In this document: piece after piece, positions 39,169-47,158 of the stretch
Numbering within the stretch: the first letter of the stretch is position 1
How the letters are laid out: each line of letters opens with the position of its first letter
Assembly (NCBI GenBank): GCA_030615855.1
Contig: JAUWYL010000001.1
Span: 203,008 to 252,441 of the forward strand
Reading direction: 5' to 3'
DNA: 49,434 nt
DNA from: a bacterium
Lineage (GTDB): Bacteria > UBP18 > UBA7526
Notes under the pieces: generated by a model
What the model saw: only the letters and a program-made list of their open reading frames with translations
Database searches by the model: none
What the model was told of the DNA's origin: nothing
Program-made: the position numbers and the translations under genes

Positions 39169-40254
39169 ATGAAAATTCTCTTAGCGACCAATGGCTTTTT
39201 ACCTGAGATAGGAGGAGTTCAAACCTACTGTTATCAATTAGCAAAGAACCTTTTTTCTTTGGGGGAAGAAATCATTGTCTTAGCTCCGAAAACCGAAGGG
39301 GATGCGGATTTTAATAAGAAGGAGAGGTTTAAGATAATCAGGACTAAGAAGAAGGTTTGTTCCCGGTTGGCTTTCCTTTTTCTATTAAAAAGAGAAAGAA
39401 TAGGAAAAATATTGGTGGGTCATGGCTCACATTATGTTCGTTTAGCTTCTTTAGCAAACCGTCTTTTTAAAATTCCCTATGATATTATCATTCATTTGGA
39501 AGAGATTCTTCCTTTAGAAAGAAAAAAGATTATTCAGAAAAGTTTCAAAAGAGCCGACAAAATCATCACAGTCAGCCACTTCGCAAAAAAGAAATTGGTG
39601 GAGATTGGCATTCCAGAGAGTAAGATTGTAGTCATCCATCCCGGAGTAGATCCAGAAAAATTTCGTCCTAAACCCGAACCTTCCCCAATTAGAAAGCGAT
39701 ATCGCTTAGAAAAGAAAAAGGTTATTTTAACTATCTCCCGCTTAGGCGAACATAAAGGTCATGCTAATGTTATTCGTGCCCTCCCTCAGGTATTAGAAAA
39801 AATACCTGAAAGCGTCTATTTGGTGGTGGGTTCAGGCGAGAAGGAAGATAGATTAAAAGGACTGGTGAAGGAATTAGGGCTGGAAGATAAGGTGATCTTC
39901 ACTGGTGAAGTGGAAGAAGAGGAGCTTCCTCTATATTACGCTGCCTGTGATGTTTTCATTATGCCCAGTGATGTGGAGGGATTTGGCATCGTTTTTTTAG
40001 AAGCGGGAGCCTCGGGCAAACCCGTCATTGGAGGAAAGACCGGAGGAATTTCTGATGCTATCACCGATGGAGAGACTGGTTTACTGGTAGATCCGTTAAG
40101 CGTTAACCAAATTACTGAAGCACTAATAAAATTGCTCACCAATCCTGAATCTGCCCGAAAACTGGGAGAAAAAGGGAGAGAAAAAGTGGAAAAGGAATTT
40201 AACTGGCAGGAGATAGCAGAAAAGGTTAAAGGAATAATCCATGAGAAAGGCTAG
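39169..40254 (+). CDS. Glycosyltransferase family 4 (PimB-like), paralog A2
   Basis: GGVQTYCYQLAKNL, EHKGH, VEGFGIVFLEAGASG; collinear with 36942-38039. Confidence 0.92.
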   Translation: MKILLATNGFLPEIGGVQTYCYQLAKNLFSLGEEIIVLAPKTEGDADFNKKERFKIIRTKKKVCSRLAFLFLLKRERIGKILVGHGSHYVRLASLANRLFKIPYDIIIHLEEILPLERKKIIQKSFKRADKIITVSHFAKKKLVEIGIPESKIVVIHPGVDPEKFRPKPEPSPIRKRYRLEKKKVILTISRLGEHKGHANVIRALPQVLEKIPESVYLVVGSGEKEDRLKGLVKELGLEDKVIFTGEVEEEELPLYYAACDVFIMPSDVEGFGIVFLEAGASGKPVIGGKTGGISDAITDGETGLLVDPLSVNQITEALIKLLTNPESARKLGEKGREKVEKEFNWQEIAEKVKGIIHEKG

Positions 40255-41188
40255 TATTATCATCTCCAACTGGAATGGCAAGAATCTACTGAAGGAGAAT
40301 CTGCCCAGTGTGATCAAGGCTATCAAGTATAGCGGCGGGAATCATGAGTTAATTGTGGTTGACGATGCCAGTTCAGATGGGAGTCCAGAGTTTATAAAGA
40401 AGAATTATCCTCAAGTAAAGCTAATTGAGCTGGAGGAGAATAAAGGATTTGGGAAAGCGAACAATATTGCTATCTCAAAAAGCAAAAACGACGTCATCGT
40501 TCTTTTGAATACCGATATGTCTATCAAGAAGGATTACTTCTCTTTTGTCCTTTCCCATTTTGACGATGAAAATATCTTCGCTGTTACCCCTAAGATGATT
40601 ACGGAAGATATCTTCCGTAAGAAATTTAAAGTCACTATCTCCTGCTGGGCAAAGTTTAGGCATGGCTTCTGGCACTTTATAGAGATTCGTGACTTGAGAG
40701 ACGAAGAAGGTCACCGTATTGTCCTTACTGTGCCCGGAGGAGGAGTAGCCTTTGACAAGAAAAAATTTCTTTCTCTAGGCGGTTTTGACAGTCTCTATTA
40801 TCCCTTTTACTATGAGGATACTGACCTCTCTTATCGTGCCTGGAAGAGGGGCTGGAAGATTATTTATGAACCAACTACGCTAGTATACCATAGATGCAGC
40901 ATGACCATTGGTGAACACTTTGGGGAGTATGCTTCTCTCATTGAGATGAAGAACTACTATCTTTTCATGTGGAAGAATATTACAGATAGCCACCTGATCC
41001 TGAAGCATCTCTTAATTCTTCCCTTTCACCTTCTAATTAAATTATTGGGAGGTAGATGGATCTGGGTCAAGGGCTTCTTTTTGGCCTTGAAGCAGCTGAG
41101 AGAAGTATTAGCCCGGAGAAAGGTAGTAAAAAAAGAGAGCATCCTTTCAGATCGTAAGGTCTTAGACCTCTTTAAGAAGAGGAGATAA
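40241..41188 (+). CDS. Glycosyltransferase family 2
   Basis: IIISNWNG, VDDASSDGS, NKGFGKANN, LLNTD, YYEDTDL. Confidence 0.92.
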   Translation: MRKASIIISNWNGKNLLKENLPSVIKAIKYSGGNHELIVVDDASSDGSPEFIKKNYPQVKLIELEENKGFGKANNIAISKSKNDVIVLLNTDMSIKKDYFSFVLSHFDDENIFAVTPKMITEDIFRKKFKVTISCWAKFRHGFWHFIEIRDLRDEEGHRIVLTVPGGGVAFDKKKFLSLGGFDSLYYPFYYEDTDLSYRAWKRGWKIIYEPTTLVYHRCSMTIGEHFGEYASLIEMKNYYLFMWKNITDSHLILKHLLILPFHLLIKLLGGRWIWVKGFFLALKQLREVLARRKVVKKESILSDRKVLDLFKKRR

Positions 41189-41189
41189 G

Positions 41190-42320
41190 ATGAGATTAAA
41201 CAATTTGACAATTGGGATCATCAGGGATGGTCCTCCGGGCTGTTCGGGAGGAGTTATTTCTCGAGAGTTATTTCTAAACTTAAAAGATAATCTAAACATA
41301 GAAGAAGTGATGTGTATTCGGCTCAGGGAGAGCCGCAAGATCAGATGGAATACTCCTCCTACGAGAATAATAACCTATCGTACCAAACATTTGAGAGACT
41401 CTCAGCTATTATGGAAGTTGCCTCGTTATGACCTCTATCATTTTCAAAGCCATATCTTCTTCAGCCTCATTAAACATAGAAGGCCAGCCATAGCTACGGC
41501 GATTGACCTCATTCCTTTAAAGAGCGGTCTCTATTCTGACACCCATCTTGAGGCAGTAAGGAGGTCTTTTCAATTCTTTAGGGAGGCAGAGCACATCATT
41601 GCTATATCTCAGAGTACCAAAAAAGACCTGATTGAACTACTGAATATCGATTCAGAGAAAATAGAGGTTATCTACCTCGGAGTAAATTATAAGATATATA
41701 AGGCGAGGAATAAGGAAGAAGTGAGGAGAAAATTGAACCTGCCTTTAGATAAAGAAATCCTGCTCAATGTAGGCACCGAAAACGAGAATAAGAATATAGA
41801 GAGATTAATCAGAGTATTTTATCGTTTACAGAAAAGATTCAAAGACCTCATGCTTATCAGGGTAGGTTTGATCTCAGATTCCATAACTAAGTTAGTAGAC
41901 GAGTTAAAACTAAATGATAGGGTACTGAGAGTAGGATTTATAGAAGGCTACCCTAATCTCTATTATAATGCGGTAGATGTTTATGTCTGCGCTGATTTAT
42001 TGGGAGGTTTTGGATTACCTAATCTGGAGGCTATGGCCAGTGGTTGTCCAGTAGCTACCTCAGGGAGCAGTGCCTTTCCTGAGGTGGTAGGGAATGCTGG
42101 ATTACTTTTCAATCCTCAGGATGAAGATGATGTCTTTGAGAAAATAGCTACTCTGTTAGAGGATAGTAGGTTACGGGAAAAATATGCTCAAAAAGGTCTT
42201 GAGAGAGCAAAATTATTTAGTTGGAAGAAAATGGCTCAGAAGACTATAAAGGTTTATGCCAGAGTGGCCAGAGAATACTATGGGAAGAATATCATCATTC
42301 CAAAAGATGAAAAAGAATGA
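41190..42320 (+). CDS. Glycosyltransferase family 4, paralog B2
   Basis: Collinear with 38049-39167; GFGLPNLEAMASG. Confidence 0.9.
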   Translation: MRLNNLTIGIIRDGPPGCSGGVISRELFLNLKDNLNIEEVMCIRLRESRKIRWNTPPTRIITYRTKHLRDSQLLWKLPRYDLYHFQSHIFFSLIKHRRPAIATAIDLIPLKSGLYSDTHLEAVRRSFQFFREAEHIIAISQSTKKDLIELLNIDSEKIEVIYLGVNYKIYKARNKEEVRRKLNLPLDKEILLNVGTENENKNIERLIRVFYRLQKRFKDLMLIRVGLISDSITKLVDELKLNDRVLRVGFIEGYPNLYYNAVDVYVCADLLGGFGLPNLEAMASGCPVATSGSSAFPEVVGNAGLLFNPQDEDDVFEKIATLLEDSRLREKYAQKGLERAKLFSWKKMAQKTIKVYARVAREYYGKNIIIPKDEKE

Positions 42321-43297
42321 AGATCATCTTAGCTGGTCCATTAGATAAACCTTCTTCTACCGTCTCTTTTATGAAGAAGACTTTGGAGAAATTAGGGCAA
42401 GAAATAGTACCTTTTGATTATCGTAAGGAGCGGGAGAAATATGGCAATGAAAGAATGCAGCAGGAGATGATCGATCTAACAAAAGAAAAGAAACCAGATA
42501 TCTTCTTATTATTAAAAGGGGATGGAATTTTCCCTGAGACGTTAGAGGACATTAAGAAGACCTGTCATGTTGCCTTTCGCTATATGGATTCTCCAATCAA
42601 AGGATGGATAGTTAGATTGGCAAGAGCCTCTGATTCCTTTTTCCTTACTGCTGGAGGATTAATTGAAAAGTATAGGCGTTTAGGAGTCAAAAATGTCTTT
42701 CATCTCTGGGAGGGATGTGATCCGGAAGTTCATAGATATCTTCCTTCAGATTCTCCGGAGTATCAATGTGAGGTGGCTTTCATTGGAGTGGGTAAAGTAG
42801 GGAGAGAAAGTCTTTTAAAGAAGGTTATGAAGGCTGGTTGTGATTTAAAGATCTGGGGCCGCGATTGGCCGCACGGTTTTCCGGTCCAGAAGGAATGGGT
42901 CGAGCCCGAGGAGTTTGCTAAAGTTTGCTCTAGTGCTAAGATTGTCTTAGGACTAAACGATAATAATACCATTCCCGACTATTTTTCTGATCGGACATTC
43001 TTGACCTTAGCCTGCAGAGGATTCCACATCACCTCCTATGCTCCTCGGTTAGAGAGATGGTTCACAAATAAGAAGCATTTAGTCTGGTATAATACAAGAA
43101 AGAAATATCCATGGTCCAATAGATATGCAGAATGTATCGATCTCATTAAATATTATCTGAATAAGCCAGAAGAGAGGGAAAGAATCGCTCGGGCTGGTCA
43201 GGAATGGGTCTATTCCCATTACACCTGGCGCCACTCTATGGAAAAGATGGTTAAGATTTTAGGAGAATTAATTGGCAAAGAGAGATGTCTAGAATAG
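42317..43297 (+). CDS. CgeB-like glycosyltransferase (GT-B)
   Basis: FIG...R, SAKIVLG...FSDRTF..LACRGF, YYLNKPEERERIARAG...HYTW. Confidence 0.8.
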   Translation: MKIILAGPLDKPSSTVSFMKKTLEKLGQEIVPFDYRKEREKYGNERMQQEMIDLTKEKKPDIFLLLKGDGIFPETLEDIKKTCHVAFRYMDSPIKGWIVRLARASDSFFLTAGGLIEKYRRLGVKNVFHLWEGCDPEVHRYLPSDSPEYQCEVAFIGVGKVGRESLLKKVMKAGCDLKIWGRDWPHGFPVQKEWVEPEEFAKVCSSAKIVLGLNDNNTIPDYFSDRTFLTLACRGFHITSYAPRLERWFTNKKHLVWYNTRKKYPWSNRYAECIDLIKYYLNKPEERERIARAGQEWVYSHYTWRHSMEKMVKILGELIGKERCLE

Positions 43298-43845
43298 CAG
43301 TCTTTATAGATCGGGATGGAACGATTATAGAGGAATTGGAATATTTAAAGGATCTAGAGAGGATTAGACTTATACCCCATTCAGCAGATGCTATTAGATC
43401 ATTAAATGAAAGAGAGATATTGGCCATCATTGTTTCCAACCAAGCAGGAGTAGCACGAGGCTATTTCTTAGAAGAGACTGTTAGGAAGATAAATGAGAGG
43501 TTAGAAGAACTCCTAAGTAAAGAAGGAGCACACTTAGATGCAATCTATTATTGTCCACATCATCCAGAGTTTGGTTCACCTGAGTATAGGAAGGACTGTA
43601 ACTGCCGAAAACCAAAACCAGGCATGTTATGGAAATCAGCTAAAAAGTTTCATTTAAACCTGAAGGATTGTTATGTAATCGGGGATAGAGCAGATGATAT
43701 TCGATTGGCGCAAAATGGGGGCGCAAAAGGGATATTGGTATTAACCGGATATGGCCAGAAGGCCAAAGAAGAGATAAAGCCAGATCATATGGCTAAAGAC
43801 TTATATCAAGCAGTTAGATGGATATTAGAAGAGTGTGGACAGTGA
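43285..43845 (+). CDS. gmhB: D-glycero-D-manno-heptose 1,7-bisphosphate phosphatase
   Basis: FIDRDGT, VSNQAGVARG, YCPHHP...CNCRKPKPGM, IGDRADD. Confidence 0.94.
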   Translation: MSRIAVFIDRDGTIIEELEYLKDLERIRLIPHSADAIRSLNEREILAIIVSNQAGVARGYFLEETVRKINERLEELLSKEGAHLDAIYYCPHHPEFGSPEYRKDCNCRKPKPGMLWKSAKKFHLNLKDCYVIGDRADDIRLAQNGGAKGILVLTGYGQKAKEEIKPDHMAKDLYQAVRWILEECGQ

Positions 43846-43905
43846 GCAGATGGACAGGTGGGAGAATGAGCAAGTAAAAAAGGAGGAAAAAGGGGAAGTT
43901 ATGAA

Positions 43906-44017
43906 TCCCGTTAGACCTTTCTAAAGTCTAACGGGATTAAATCGGAAAATTTTGGAATATGCCAAGTAAGTTATCTTTTTATACTCTTTACTCGTAAACT
44001 AAGGAGGTCTAACGGGA
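43906..44017. mobile_element. Miniature TIR element, copy upstream of the DUF4254 N-half gene
   Basis: tcccgttagacc ... ggtctaacggga perfect 12-bp IR; TGAA direct repeats at 43902-43905 and 44018-44021; extra right end at 43926-43936. Confidence 0.85.
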
Positions 44018-44223
44018 TGAAAAAGACATTTGCTCAACTGGTGAATGAGTTAACAAAGGTAAATATTGCATTATGGCATGAGGAAGATAAGGCGAGAAGT
44101 GAAGATGATAAAGTTGTGGCTCAGGCGAAGAGAGAAATTGATAGATTGAATCAGAGAAGGAACGATCTCATTGAGGCTATTGATGAATATGCTATTACCT
44201 TGAGCAAGGGGAGAAATAAATAA
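44017..44223 (+). CDS. DUF4254-like protein, N-terminal half
   Basis: LWHEEDKAR...[19 protein letters not shown] resembles the DUF4254 N-region (recognised from memory). Confidence 0.7.
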   Translation: MKKTFAQLVNELTKVNIALWHEEDKARSEDDKVVAQAKREIDRLNQRRNDLIEAIDEYAITLSKGRNK

Positions 44224-44486
44224 TGGCGGAGACTATTGGGAGTTTAGTGGATAAAATAAGCATCTTTGAACAGAAGTGCTTCCATATGAAGGAAGAGACA
44301 AAGAGAAAGGATGTTTCTAAAAAGCATGTCGGAGAATGTAAAAAGAAACTTTTGATATTAAAGAGGCAGCGCAACGACTTAGTAGAAGAACTTGATGAAC
44401 TATTCATGGATATTCTATCTGGAAAGAAAAAGCTAAAGGTCTATAAGCAATTCAAGATGTATAATCTACCAGAGTATATAAAATAA
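44223..44486 (+). CDS. DUF4254-like protein, C-terminal half
   Basis: ETIGSLVDKISI..K.FHM..E...C..KL..L..Q..DL...G.K..KVYKQFKMYN; TAATG coupling. Confidence 0.72.
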   Translation: MAETIGSLVDKISIFEQKCFHMKEETKRKDVSKKHVGECKKKLLILKRQRNDLVEELDELFMDILSGKKKLKVYKQFKMYNLPEYIK

Positions 44487-44490
44487 AGAA

Positions 44491-44696
44491 GTTTACAGTA
44501 ACCAGTTTACAGTTTACAGCAAAAAAGTAAAAGAGCATCAGATAATCAGATTATCAGATGGAAAAGGTCAGTTATCAGAAGGTCAGATTGAAAACATTGA
44601 ATCTGGTATTCTGAATTCTCATTCTGAGATTCTGATGTTCTGATATACTGATATTCTATGGTTTTGCTGGTTACTGTTCGCTGGTTACTGGTTACT
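44491..44696. repeat. Family B palindromic element
   Basis: Inverted near-copy of 18821-19016 with one extra octamer. Confidence 0.9.
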
Positions 44697-44707
44697 AAGG
44701 TCAGATT

Positions 44708-45712
44708 ATGGATTTCAAACGAATTCTAATTGTTAAGCTCAGCTCCATTGGGGATGTGGTTCATACCCTACCAGTTTTAAGTGCCTTAAAAAAGAAGTAT
44801 CCTAAAAGATACATCGCCTGGGTAGTGAAGAAGAAGGCAAAAGATATTCTCTTGGATCATCCCCATCTAAATGAGGTTATTCTCTATGAAGGAATATGGA
44901 AGACGACGAGGAAGCTTCGCTCTTTAAAATTTGATCTGGCCATTGATCTCCAAGGTCTCTTTAGAAGCGGCCTTCTAATTTTATTAAGTGGTGCTGGGGT
45001 GAGGCTCGGCTTCAGCAGGGCGAATAGTCGGGAACTGAGTCATCTATTCCTCAACCAGAGAGTTACTCCAAGAGAAGAGGATAGACACGTCATCGATAAG
45101 AACTTGAGTCTCCTTCGCCCTCTGGGGATAGAGGTCAGGGAGAAAGAGTTTATCATTCCTGTATCCAATGAAAACAGAGAGTACATTGCTCATTTCTTGA
45201 AAGAAAAGGGAGTTGCCTCAAATGATCTTTTAATCGCCCTCAATCCCGGAGCCAGCTGGCAATCAAAGCTCTGGCCAGCAGAGAGATGGGCGGAATTAGC
45301 GGATCGACTGATAGAGAAGTTGAAAGCCAAAATAGTTTTTCTCTGGGGTCCAGGGGAGAAAAATTTTATCAATAGAATAGTAAAGATGACAGAGAATAAA
45401 CCTATCATTTCTTGCAAGACGAATCTGAAGGAACTTGCTTGTCTTATCTCTAAATGTAGGTTATTCGTTGGGGGAGAGACAGGGCCTCTTCACATCGCCT
45501 GCGCCCTAAATATTCCCAGCGTGGCTCTCATCGGGCCAACAAATTCTGTGAGGAATGGACCCTATGAAGAAGGGCATATCGTCATTGAGAAAGATCTTCC
45601 CTGCCGGGGATGCTGGAGACATGAATGTAAGAGGCTTGATTGTATGAAGTTAATAACTGTGGATGAGGTTTTTTCTGCGGTTGAAAGGCAGCTACAGGGA
45701 AAGAAGGTATGA
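44708..45712 (+). CDS. waaC: LPS heptosyltransferase (GT9), WaaC-like
   Basis: ILIVKLSSIGDVVHTLP, IDLQGLFRS, NPGASWQSKLWP, ETGPLHIA; heptose/Kdo context. Confidence 0.82.
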   Translation: MDFKRILIVKLSSIGDVVHTLPVLSALKKKYPKRYIAWVVKKKAKDILLDHPHLNEVILYEGIWKTTRKLRSLKFDLAIDLQGLFRSGLLILLSGAGVRLGFSRANSRELSHLFLNQRVTPREEDRHVIDKNLSLLRPLGIEVREKEFIIPVSNENREYIAHFLKEKGVASNDLLIALNPGASWQSKLWPAERWAELADRLIEKLKAKIVFLWGPGEKNFINRIVKMTENKPIISCKTNLKELACLISKCRLFVGGETGPLHIACALNIPSVALIGPTNSVRNGPYEEGHIVIEKDLPCRGCWRHECKRLDCMKLITVDEVFSAVERQLQGKKV

Positions 45713-46461
45713 TCAAAAGAATATTGGCCATCGCTATTCTGTTACTTATCTTTTCTCTGGGCCAGCCATTAAATCTTTCCTCAGAATTCGTCAAATCAAA
45801 TCCTCCCTTTGGGGTGGGGGAAAGGATGGTCTTTGCCATAAAGGCCTTCGGCATTACTGCTGGCCATGCTACTTTAGAGATAAAGGAGATTCTAAATCTT
45901 GATGGTCATGAGGTATATCACATAGTGGTCACCGCTCAGACCACCCCCTTCTTCAGCCTCTTCTATAGAATAAACGATAGGCTGGAGACCTATCTGGATA
46001 CCAAGGAGTTCTATCCTCACCGGTATGAAGCCCATCTTGAGGAAGGGAAGTATAGGAAGGATGAGGTTATTATCTATGATCAAGAGAGGCACATTGCCTA
46101 TCGCAAAGGGAAAGAGATAAAGATACCTCCCAGGGTTCAGGACTCGGTATCAGTCTACTATTACCTGCGCACCCTGAACCTTAAGACTGGTGATGTGATC
46201 AGAGTTCCCATAAACTGTGGGAGGCATAACTATCTCCTCACTTTCAAGGTTAAGGGAGAGGAGAGCATCCATACTAAAGATGGTCATCATCAGGCCTTCA
46301 TCCTCGTTCCCCAGAGCCTGACGCTTGAGGGCGAGGTGAAGAGGAAGGGCCAGGCTACTGCCTGGCTCTCTATGACAGAGAAGGCCCTTCTCTTAGCCAA
46401 GGTCTCCCGGGCTGGGATCTTTTCTGCCCAAGCAGTATTGATTGATTGGAAAAAATTCTAA
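45709..46461 (+). CDS. DUF3108-like exported protein
   Basis: Signal peptide; F.VGE...F......AG.A.L, FYRINDR..TY.D, QDSVS..YYLR pattern. Confidence 0.7.
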   Translation: MIKRILAIAILLLIFSLGQPLNLSSEFVKSNPPFGVGERMVFAIKAFGITAGHATLEIKEILNLDGHEVYHIVVTAQTTPFFSLFYRINDRLETYLDTKEFYPHRYEAHLEEGKYRKDEVIIYDQERHIAYRKGKEIKIPPRVQDSVSVYYYLRTLNLKTGDVIRVPINCGRHNYLLTFKVKGEESIHTKDGHHQAFILVPQSLTLEGEVKRKGQATAWLSMTEKALLLAKVSRAGIFSAQAVLIDWKKF

Positions 46462-46475
46462 AAGTGTGATATACT
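46446..46475 (+). promoter_or_regulatory. Putative promoter for gmhA-hldA-hldC-kdsB
   Basis: TTGGAA, 18 bp, TG-a-TATACT (46467-46475). Confidence 0.4.
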
Positions 46476-46483
46476 CTCTTACA

Positions 46484-46584
46484 GTGAACAGTGATCGGTG
46501 AACAGTGAACGGTTTATCTGTGGTCATCAGCGTTTCCTAAGCCCACGCAGTGAGCAATACAAAGAAATCCGCGTCTAAGGAGAG
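46484..46584 (+). repeat. GTGAWCN heptamers plus ATCYGYG units ending GTCTAAGGAGAG
   Basis: gtgaaca gtgatcg gtgaaca gtgaacg; 3' end aatccgcgtctaaggagag parallels aatctgtgtctaaggagag at about 34603-34621. Confidence 0.7.
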
Positions 46585-46588
46585 GGAA

Positions 46589-47158
46589 GTGAAAGATATA
46601 GTGATAAGAGAATTGGAGGAGAGTGCCAGAATAAAGAGATTAGTTGCTAAAGAACTGGCAGAAAGAATAGCAGAGGCCAGCCAGTGGGTGATGGAGACCT
46701 TCAGATCTGGAGGAAAAGTTCTCCTCTTTGGCAACGGAGGCTCTGCTGCAGATGCCCAGCATATTGCCACAGAACTCGTCTGTAGATTTAAGAAAGAAAG
46801 AAAAGCTCTTCCTGCTTTAGCTCTCTCTACCAACTCATCCTTAGTAACCGCCCAAGCGAATGATAAGGGCTTTGAGACTATCTTTTCTCGGCAGATTGAG
46901 ACTTGGGCCAAGAAGGGAGACGTCGCCATCGCCATTTCAACCAGTGGGAATTCACCCAATATTCTGGAGGGGGTGAAGAAGGCAAAAGAACTTGGGATGA
47001 GAACCATTGGCTTTATAGGAAAGAGGGGAGGGAAATTAAAGGACTTAGTGGATCTTCCCTTGGTTGTCCCCTCAGACGATGTTCCTCGGATTCAGGAAGT
47101 ACATATTACCATAGGCCATATCATCTGCCATTTGGCGGAAAAGGGGCTATTTAAATGA
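46589..47158 (+). CDS. gmhA: D-sedoheptulose 7-phosphate isomerase
   Basis: FGNGGSAADAQHIATEL, ISTSGNSPN, RIQEVHI; GTG 46589 follows AAGGAG. Confidence 0.96.
   Translation: MKDIVIRELEESARIKRLVAKELAERIAEASQWVMETFRSGGKVLLFGNGGSAADAQHIATELVCRFKKERKALPALALSTNSSLVTAQANDKGFETIFSRQIETWAKKGDVAIAISTSGNSPNILEGVKKAKELGMRTIGFIGKRGGKLKDLVDLPLVVPSDDVPRIQEVHITIGHIICHLAEKGLFK

Noticed and set aside
44195-44230. Frameshifted DUF4254 pseudogene
   Set aside because: The TAATG overlap and RBS look like deliberate coupling, and both halves keep conserved motifs; reported as a split gene instead.
46550-46588. N-terminal extension of GmhA (likewise the longer ORF-track starts at 24941, 33319, 33335, 34608)
   Set aside because: The extensions derive from repeat or intergenic sequence; downstream starts fit RBS position and family N-termini better.
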